Shown here piece by piece: positions 8,057 through 14,201 of a DNA stretch of 64,000 bases. The notes beneath the pieces were generated by a model. It was given only the letters and a program-made list of their open reading frames with translations. It was not told the DNA's origin and did no database searches. Made by a program: the position numbers and the translations under genes. The stretch comes from a virus. Where the stretch lies: positions 1-64,000 of IMG/VR virus record IMGVR_UViG_3300035145_002419; one strand, written 5' to 3'. The first letter of the stretch is position 1. Each line of letters begins with the position of its first letter.

Positions 8057-8344
8057 ATGAATTACACACTCAAAGAACTTCGCGATCGTGTCAACAAAAT
8101 GATCGAACAACAAGGTGAAGATGCACACTGTGGTGCATGGATCTACACAAAAGAAGATTGTCACTTAAAGGATGAAGATGGCAACATTGATTGTGATAGC
8201 ACAGTAAAAGATCCTGATGTTATTGAGCGCATCTTCGATGATGTTGGCAACATTGATTACATCTACCAAGTCATTCAAGAATGTGTAGATGAAGTCACTG
8301 AAGAACAATGGATGCAGTATCAACAAGAATTGTATGGTTCTTAA
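8057..8344 (+). CDS. hypothetical protein
   Basis: 95 aa; stop overlaps repeat copy 7. Confidence 0.75.
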   Translation: MNYTLKELRDRVNKMIEQQGEDAHCGAWIYTKEDCHLKDEDGNIDCDSTVKDPDVIERIFDDVGNIDYIYQVIQECVDEVTEEQWMQYQQELYGS

Positions 8345-8387
8345 AGTTACTCACCTCCAAAGTGTCCTAGTTGTATGAATAACACTT
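8343..8387 (+). repeat. intergenic element copy 7 (contains ATG 8375)
   Basis: AAAGTTACTCACCTCCAAAGTGTCCTAGTTGTATGAATAACACTT. Confidence 0.95.
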
Positions 8388-8599
8388 CCACGATGATCCA
8401 AGACGATACGATCAAAGCAAAGTCCATCCTGAAGCAGATTCAAGGATGCAAAGTTGAAGATGATAACAACAATCGATATGAGGTTGTTGATGTTAAATGC
8501 TTCAACGGTCAAGTTCGTTTCATTGGACTAAAAGATTCCGATGGCGTTATCAAGTATGCTAGCGAGAATTGCTACATGTCAATGGCAGATGTTGCCTGA
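8375..8599 (+). CDS. hypothetical protein
   Basis: 74 aa starting in repeat copy 7. Confidence 0.7.
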   Translation: MNNTSTMIQDDTIKAKSILKQIQGCKVEDDNNNRYEVVDVKCFNGQVRFIGLKDSDGVIKYASENCYMSMADVA

Positions 8600-8623
8600 T
8601 CCGTACACTTTTCTTTTTTAATC

Positions 8624-8875
8624 ATGCTTCGCAAAATCACAGTTCATTCTGAAAATTCCATTCGCTTCACACCTGAAGCAAAGGAAATCACCCAACAATT
8701 AAATGAATATCGCCGTGCAAATGGTGAGGTTTCGTTGAAAGAAATGGCAAAAATCTTTGGTCTGAGAGAGACAAATTGTGCCAACTATTACTATGGCAAG
8801 CATCACTATGTTGGTGGATATTATAATGGTGTCAATTACACACAAATGCGCAAGGGTGCATGTGTTGACCTTTGA
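8624..8875 (+). CDS. hypothetical protein, possible HTH
   Basis: 83 aa; VSLKEMAKIFGLRETNCANYY resembles a helix-turn-helix. Confidence 0.6.
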   Translation: MLRKITVHSENSIRFTPEAKEITQQLNEYRRANGEVSLKEMAKIFGLRETNCANYYYGKHHYVGGYYNGVNYTQMRKGACVDL

Positions 8876-8890
8876 ATTTATCAACGCATT

Positions 8891-8932
8891 AAAGTTACTC
8901 ACCTCCAAAGTGTCCTTATAGCATAGGGACAC
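8891..8932 (+). repeat. intergenic element copy 8
   Basis: AAAGTTACTCACCTCCAAAGTGTCCTTATAGCATAGGGACAC. Confidence 0.9.
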
Positions 8933-8967
8933 CCACCGATCCCAATTCATTTCACAAACAAACAAAC

Positions 8968-9321
8968 ATGCGTAAGATTGAAGAACAGATGATTGCTGCC
9001 ATCAAGAACAGTCAAGACTGGCAATCTGCTAACACTTCTGTTCACTTTAATGAAGAAGAAAATGCTTCTATTGTTCGCCTTCATGGACACAAGATTGCTG
9101 AGGTTGGTGATGACTATCTGACACTGTTCGATGGCGATCATCAGACAAAAACTACAAAGTCACGATTGAACGCAATTCTTGGTGAGTTCGGTTATACTTG
9201 CGGAACCAAGCGCGAGTATATTTTCCAGAAGCAATATGAATGGTTCCTTAACTTCTTCAATCCACTGTCTGATCAGATTGAAGTCATTCCTTTTGTTGAT
9301 GGCATGATGCTTCCTGGTTGA
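8968..9321 (+). CDS. hypothetical protein
   Basis: 117 aa, MRKIEEQMIAAI...TKTTKSRLNAIL. Confidence 0.8.
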   Translation: MRKIEEQMIAAIKNSQDWQSANTSVHFNEEENASIVRLHGHKIAEVGDDYLTLFDGDHQTKTTKSRLNAILGEFGYTCGTKREYIFQKQYEWFLNFFNPLSDQIEVIPFVDGMMLPG

Positions 9322-9384
9322 ATTTGTATAGTCCTGAGTATGACTTAAAACTACTCACATATCCTCACTGTTTAACATTTTTTC

Positions 9385-9519
9385 ATGTCTAGAGAGATTG
9401 CCTTTGGTCTGCTGAATCTTGCCGGTAATGGTAACGAGATTCTTTCCATTTTGGATGTTATCGAGTCGAGCGATTGCGCTGCTGATAATGACACTGAAGG
9501 AGGCGACATGATGGATTGA
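9385..9519 (+). CDS. small hypothetical protein (44 aa)
   Basis: MSREIAFGLLNLAGNGNEILSILDVIE...; followed by a terminator. Confidence 0.55.
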   Translation: MSREIAFGLLNLAGNGNEILSILDVIESSDCAADNDTEGGDMMD

Positions 9520-9530
9520 AGGTAACAACG

Positions 9531-9557
9531 AAAAGGGGTGATTTTTGCCCCTTTTTT
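9531..9557. terminator. probable bidirectional intrinsic terminator
   Basis: AAAAGGGGTG-ATTTT-TGCCCCTTTTTT, with A and T runs on both sides. Confidence 0.7.
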
Positions 9558-9638
9558 GCACAAATATATAAAGATTATGCTTTTTTTATATTAAAAAAGG
9601 TTTTTTAAATGTATTTGTGTTGTTTGTATCGATCACTG

Positions 9639-9700
9639 AAAGTATCTACAAAGGTGCCCTGAATACGCTGCAAAGTATCTACAAAGGTGCTGCAAAGGTG
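9639..9700. repeat. short direct repeats in a noncoding region
   Basis: AAAGTATCTACAAAGGTGC at 9639 and 9672; third CAAAGGTG at 9693. Confidence 0.85.
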
Positions 9701-9725
9701 TTCTGGGGTAGTGATCTTAGCGTGC

Positions 9726-9754
9726 AGTCTATCACATCCGCGCAGAAATGTCAA
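9726..9754 (-). promoter_or_regulatory. leftward sigma70-type promoter
   Basis: Minus strand TTGACA-N17-TAGACT with extended TG. Confidence 0.6.
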
Positions 9755-9828
9755 CGACCCGCTGATAGCAAATCCTGACAGATCATCGCAAAATTGATAG
9801 GACTTTCTGATAAATACAACGACTGATA

Positions 9829-9857
9829 TTGACAGTCTAACAGTCTTATTCTATACT
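9829..9857 (+). promoter_or_regulatory. sigma70-type promoter
   Basis: TTGACA-N17-TATACT. Confidence 0.75.
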
Positions 9858-9886
9858 GTAAAAGTATCACCAGCGGAGCACCAATC

Positions 9887-10060
9887 ATGTCAGCAGTCTA
9901 CTCAGAAGCACGGAAGGCGCGGTATCGTATCACCCTGGATCTGGACGTTCTTGGTGATTTTGATCCGCACAATATCAGTTGGGACAAGTTGTTTCAGTTG
10001 GAAGGTTCGGAACACTGCGAAGCATATGTAGAGGATCTATCTACACCTGACCGCTGGTAA
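9887..10060 (+). CDS. small hypothetical protein (57 aa)
   Basis: MSAVYSEARKARYRITLDLDV...TPDRW; GGAG SD and promoter upstream. Confidence 0.7.
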   Translation: MSAVYSEARKARYRITLDLDVLGDFDPHNISWDKLFQLEGSEHCEAYVEDLSTPDRW

Positions 10061-10075
10061 TCCGTCGGGTGGTTA

Positions 10076-10113
10076 TTACTCACCTCTAAACTGTTCTTAT
10101 AGTGTAAGCACAC
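10076..10113 (+). repeat. intergenic element copy 9 (degenerate)
   Basis: TTACTCACCTCTAAACTGTTCTTATAGTGTAAGCACAC. Confidence 0.85.
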
Positions 10114-10121
10114 GTTTCTGA

Positions 10122-10520
10122 ATGTCCTATCAAGTCACACAATCCTTCTACAAAGTTGACAAGCGCGGCAATCACAAACTTATCAGTGAAGGCACGGTAA
10201 TTACCAATGCTGAGTATCTGAAACTGAATGCCATTAAGCGTGCGAAATGTGAGTATGTAGAACCCACAAAACGTCAGGTCCCACTATCACAAGACGAGGC
10301 AGATGATCTGGTCTATCTGTATCTTAACGTTGCAGATCTAAATGAGATTCTGACCACGTTTCTGACAGAGTATCCAAAGCGCGTATCTGAGGGTATTGAA
10401 TGTCAGTTACGTATCATCGCTGGTTGTGATAATACGCGACCAAATGATGGTGGATTGCGTAACCCTGGCAAGGCATTATTGCGTGCTATGATCACACAAG
10501 ACCCTGCGCGGTTTGTGTGA
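10122..10520 (+). CDS. hypothetical protein
   Basis: 132-aa ORF after repeat copy 9. Confidence 0.75.
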   Translation: MSYQVTQSFYKVDKRGNHKLISEGTVITNAEYLKLNAIKRAKCEYVEPTKRQVPLSQDEADDLVYLYLNVADLNEILTTFLTEYPKRVSEGIECQLRIIAGCDNTRPNDGGLRNPGKALLRAMITQDPARFV

Positions 10521-10547
10521 TTTAGCAGTCTATGTGTGCTTCGGTGG

Positions 10548-10576
10548 TTGACACTGGGGCACGCATATGTTATGAT
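10548..10576 (+). promoter_or_regulatory. sigma70-type promoter within a hairpin
   Basis: TTGACA-N17-TATGAT with extended TG. Confidence 0.65.
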
Positions 10577-10726
10577 CAGTTTATGCGTATTTGGCAGTAT
10601 TTGTGCGGTTCGTTGTTGATGCCCGGCGGGCGTAGCGGTGCCCCGTATATAAAAAAGGTTAACTACCCTAACCTACAGAGGTGACAATTCGACCTTTCAA
10701 TATCATTCTAAAAAAAATTTTCCGCC

Positions 10727-10867
10727 ATGAAAAAATCACCTTATTGGTCTTTTTGGAAAGTAGTATTTGCTGGGTGGTTAATCAGATATCCAGGTAAATT
10801 TATTCGCCCCCTTGGAGTAGTGATTGGGTTTGCAATAGTGCTGATATATAATGCGTTATCAAATTAG
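10727..10867 (+). CDS. small membrane protein (46 aa)
   Basis: MKKSPYWSFWKVVFAGWLIRYPGKFIRPLGVVIGFAIVLIYNALSN. Confidence 0.55.
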   Translation: MKKSPYWSFWKVVFAGWLIRYPGKFIRPLGVVIGFAIVLIYNALSN

Positions 10868-10872
10868 GAGAT

Positions 10873-11094
10873 ATGACAAAAAATTCCGTAGAAAAAATTC
10901 AACCTACAAAGGTTTATCACATCTATGCAAAGGATGAATGTTTATATAATAATCTAAGTGAAAGTCAATTTAATAATAAATGGGAAACCCTCAAAGGAAT
11001 GGTTGGTTTAATGAAAACTGATTATGAAATTGAGGATTTGTCATATGAAGAGGTAGAGTTAATACGACATACCACAGATGAACATTCATATTGA
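10873..11094 (+). CDS. hypothetical protein
   Basis: 73 aa, AGGAG SD. Confidence 0.75.
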   Translation: MTKNSVEKIQPTKVYHIYAKDECLYNNLSESQFNNKWETLKGMVGLMKTDYEIEDLSYEEVELIRHTTDEHSY

Positions 11095-11119
11095 CAAGGT
11101 ATAGATAGACTGTTAAAAT
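11091..11119 (+). promoter_or_regulatory. sigma70-type promoter
   Basis: TTGACA-N17-TAAAAT with extended TG. Confidence 0.7.
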
Positions 11120-11142
11120 TGAACTGAAAGTTATTTTCAACT

Positions 11143-11910
11143 ATGGCAAAAGGATTTACTGTTAAAGCTGCTGCACCTAAGAAGAAGGAAGCAGAGTATG
11201 ATATTGATGCAATCAAAGCACGAATGAAAGGAAAGACAATTGTATTTTGTCTTCCAGGTCGTGGATGTAGTTTTACATTTCTGAAGAACTTTGTACAACT
11301 GTGCTTTGATATGGTACAGAATGGAATGAGTATTCAGATCAGTCAAGATTATTCTTCTATGGTCAACTTTGCACGTTGTAAAGTATTGGGTGCAAATGTT
11401 CTTCGTGGACCTAAGCAAGTACCTTGGGATGGAAAACTTCCATATGATTATCAACTGTGGATTGATAGTGACATTGTGTTTAACACAGAAAAGTTCTGGC
11501 AACTGTGCGATCTAGCAGTTCCTGCAGAAGGTGAGGAACGTCCGATCAGTGCTGGATGGTATGCAACAGAAGATGGGCACACAACCTCAGTAGCACACTG
11601 GTTGGAAGAAGATGACTTCCGTCGTAATGGTGGTGTGATGAATCATGAGACTGTTGAATCCATCAGTAAGCGTAAGAAACCCTTTACAGTTGACTACACA
11701 GGATTTGGATGGGTATTGATTAAGAAGGGTGTATTTGAAGATCTTGAATACCCTTGGTTTGCACCGAAGATGCAAGTATTTGAATCTGGTGCTGTTCAGG
11801 ACATGTGTGGTGAAGATGTATCATTCTGTCTTGATGCAAAAGAAGAAGGCTTTGAAATCTGGTGTGACCCTAAGATTCGTGTGGGTCACGAAAAGACTCG
11901 GGTAATTTGA
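11143..11910 (+). CDS. GT-A-fold glycosyltransferase-like protein
   Basis: LWIDSDIVF (DxD), TGFGWVLI, GEDVSFC and VGHEK motifs typical of GT2-like proteins. Confidence 0.75.
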   Translation: MAKGFTVKAAAPKKKEAEYDIDAIKARMKGKTIVFCLPGRGCSFTFLKNFVQLCFDMVQNGMSIQISQDYSSMVNFARCKVLGANVLRGPKQVPWDGKLPYDYQLWIDSDIVFNTEKFWQLCDLAVPAEGEERPISAGWYATEDGHTTSVAHWLEEDDFRRNGGVMNHETVESISKRKKPFTVDYTGFGWVLIKKGVFEDLEYPWFAPKMQVFESGAVQDMCGEDVSFCLDAKEEGFEIWCDPKIRVGHEKTRVI

Positions 11911-12050
11911 CAACACTACACATCATATGCACTAAGTGTGGTGGTAAATGTTGTAAGCACTGTCATAAAGGATGGCAGTGCATGGGACCAAATTGTAAAA
12001 AATGTAAAATCTTTGGAGAACTAAAACATGGCAATGATGAAAGGCGGTAG
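11907..12050 (+). CDS. Cys/His-rich miniprotein (47 aa)
   Basis: TTG start overlapping upstream TGA; ICTKCGGKCCKHCHKGWQCMGPNCKKC. Confidence 0.55.
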   Translation: MTTLHIICTKCGGKCCKHCHKGWQCMGPNCKKCKIFGELKHGNDERR

Positions 12051-12162
12051 TTACATTCCCGGAAAACCGAAGAAAACTCGACAGGGAAGTTCTCAACACA
12101 CGCTTCTCTCGGCAACCTCTCGTAATAAAAAGAAAAAGAAATATCGTGGTCAAGGTAGGTGA
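12028..12162 (+). CDS. small basic protein (44 aa)
   Basis: GGAG SD; MAMMKGGSYIPGKPKKTRQG...RNKKKKKYRGQGR. Confidence 0.7.
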   Translation: MAMMKGGSYIPGKPKKTRQGSSQHTLLSATSRNKKKKKYRGQGR

Positions 12163-12764
12163 CTGAGTTTCATCCATTGTTTCCTTGCGTAGTATCAGAA
12201 CATAAACTTAATTTTGATACTGATATTATCAAGGAAGAATGTTATAAAAGAAAACAGTTAGAACTTACTGGTGTATCAAGTCAAGGTAAACATCCAACAT
12301 CTAATCGTGGTGGGTGGCAATCCAGTCCATTTTTTAAAGATACTGATTCATTCTTTGGCCCTTTATTACATGCTATTGAAGAACATTGTTTAGATTACAT
12401 TTATGAAATAGTATCAATACAAGATTGTTTTTTACATAATGCTTGGATTAATATTAATTCAAAAGGAAATTATAATTTTCCACATGATCATCCTGGATCT
12501 ATTGTATCAGGAGTTTATTATGTAAGACTACCTGAAAATAGTGGTAAATTAGTATTTGAAAATCCTTCAGGTAAATTACTTGCAAGTTATTGGAGTGTAA
12601 TGCGAAGTCCAAATGAATGGAATAGGGCAAATTCTGAAGTATGGTCATTAGACTCAAGTGAAGACACACTTTTAATTTTTCCATCATGGTTAGATCATTA
12701 TGTGGAAACAAATAAAAGTGATGAAGATCGAATATCTATTTCATTTAATGTTTGTGCTAGATAA
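12159..12764 (+). CDS. 2OG-Fe(II) oxygenase-like protein
   Basis: W.NIN, HDHP, SGVYYV, FPSWLDHYV and RISISFN motifs. Confidence 0.85.
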   Translation: MTEFHPLFPCVVSEHKLNFDTDIIKEECYKRKQLELTGVSSQGKHPTSNRGGWQSSPFFKDTDSFFGPLLHAIEEHCLDYIYEIVSIQDCFLHNAWININSKGNYNFPHDHPGSIVSGVYYVRLPENSGKLVFENPSGKLLASYWSVMRSPNEWNRANSEVWSLDSSEDTLLIFPSWLDHYVETNKSDEDRISISFNVCAR

Positions 12765-12785
12765 TAGTAACTGTTAAAATATGTA

Positions 12786-13451
12786 ATGGCAGCACTTATT
12801 TGCAATCTTCCTTCAGTTGAAGTTTGGGTAAGAAAAGAATATCTTACTGATCATCAAAGTGGACATGGAGAATTTGTTAAAGGCGTTTGGGTTTCGGCAA
12901 AGTCGATACCTGGACGCGCTTTTTATTTTGAGACGTATTTACCAGAATATGCAGCAATGTATGATAAATTGCCCATCAGTGCCTTTGTATCTGCTCCAGA
13001 AACACCAGATCCTGACATGGACCTTCCCAATTTACAATTTTGGAATTGTATGGACTATGGTGTAGTATCGGTTCAGAAGCAATTTATTGGTTCAATGGAC
13101 TATGAACTGTATACAAGAGACTTTGGCATTCAAAAAGGCACGTATATTTGCACTTTAGACAATTATCATCAAGATCCAGATGTAGTTGACTATGCAACAA
13201 GCGAAAATCCTGCTGAACATAAGTCATCAAACCTAATTGAATTGGAAAATGGGCAATATGCACTGTATCCAAACAACAGAATTCGTATTTTTGACAATAG
13301 TTTGACTCCGGAAAATCCAAAAATGCCAGATTTTAAGGTTTCAACTCAATTTTATAGTGTTGAAAACGGTTTTGAACGACTTGGAATGGGTCGAGAGGAC
13401 GAATATTTCTGGAAAACAGCAAAAGAACGCAAAGAAGAAGAAAATAAATAG
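12786..13451 (+). CDS. hypothetical protein
   Basis: 221-aa ORF with normal coding composition. Confidence 0.85.
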   Translation: MAALICNLPSVEVWVRKEYLTDHQSGHGEFVKGVWVSAKSIPGRAFYFETYLPEYAAMYDKLPISAFVSAPETPDPDMDLPNLQFWNCMDYGVVSVQKQFIGSMDYELYTRDFGIQKGTYICTLDNYHQDPDVVDYATSENPAEHKSSNLIELENGQYALYPNNRIRIFDNSLTPENPKMPDFKVSTQFYSVENGFERLGMGREDEYFWKTAKERKEEENK

Positions 13452-13509
13452 AAATAAGGGATAGAAACCCCTCTAAAAGTTCTGATTTCACTGCAAATCA
13501 GAGGTTCAA

Positions 13510-13773
13510 ATGGGAAATTCTCCAGTAGATCGGGATGCATCCTATATGAAAACAATGTGGGGCACTGTCAGGCTAGTAACAGACTATCATTGCGAGGATA
13601 AAATGACAAATAATCATGATTTTTTAGACAATTTAGCAAATCATCAGCATCAAAGGATGCTTCGTGAGATTGCAAATGATGATAAGACACCAAAAAAACG
13701 TGATTATCTTGTCCAAACCGAGTTATATGAGGTTGATGGGGAAATTGATGATAATAATGTTCTCAAAGGGTAA
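13510..13773 (+). CDS. hypothetical protein
   Basis: 87 aa; ATAAATA late box at 13444 and GAGG SD. Confidence 0.65.
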   Translation: MGNSPVDRDASYMKTMWGTVRLVTDYHCEDKMTNNHDFLDNLANHQHQRMLREIANDDKTPKKRDYLVQTELYEVDGEIDDNNVLKG

Positions 13774-13779
13774 TAAATA
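13773..13779 (+). promoter_or_regulatory. T4-type late promoter
   Basis: ATAAATA upstream of gp25; the same box occurs at 13444, 29056, 33104, 42676, 44942, 49741, 52651, 54349, 54553, 55534, 58279 and 59510. Confidence 0.75.
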
Positions 13780-13799
13780 AGATAGAATTGTAATTTTTT

Positions 13800-14201
13800 A
13801 TGCCTGTAGAACGGGTAAGCAAAGGGTTCAAAGATCTAAGTTCATCATTTCAGACTAATCCTCTGTCTAGTGATCTTCTTGGAATTAAGAATGAGACTGC
13901 TATTGCTCGTTCCATAAGAAATCTTGTATTAACACAACAAGGTGAAAGACCATTTAACTCTATTTTAGGATCAAAGGTCTCAGGATTGTTGTTTGAAAAC
14001 CTTGATGAGATAACAGGTTCTGCAATACGTGATGAAATCAGAACAACCATCAACAATTTTGAACCAAGAGTGAATTTGTTGGAAGTCAAGGTATTGCCAA
14101 ACTATGATAGTTATGAATATAACGTAACTATTCGCTATGAAATTGTTGGCATTGATGTATCAGCACAACAATTAGCATTTGCATTACAACCGACACGATA
14201 A
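13800..14201 (+). CDS. gp25: baseplate wedge subunit gp25
   Basis: AIARSIRNLVLT..GERPF...G, FEPRV motifs; position before gp6. Confidence 0.9.
   Translation: MPVERVSKGFKDLSSSFQTNPLSSDLLGIKNETAIARSIRNLVLTQQGERPFNSILGSKVSGLLFENLDEITGSAIRDEIRTTINNFEPRVNLLEVKVLPNYDSYEYNVTIRYEIVGIDVSAQQLAFALQPTR

Noticed and set aside
9355-9563. Minus-strand ORFs 9355-9561 and 9372-9563
   Set aside because: They start inside the terminator/AT tract without an SD and overlap a more plausible + strand 44-aa ORF.
2180-10113. Repeat array as a CRISPR array
   Set aside because: The intervening segments are 0.55-1.3 kb and full of ORFs, not 25-45 bp spacers, and there are no cas genes in the window.
2180-10113. Classical integron attC array
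   Set aside because: The repeat lacks the RYYYAAC/GTTRRRY ends and long palindrome, and no tyrosine recombinase is visible in the window.
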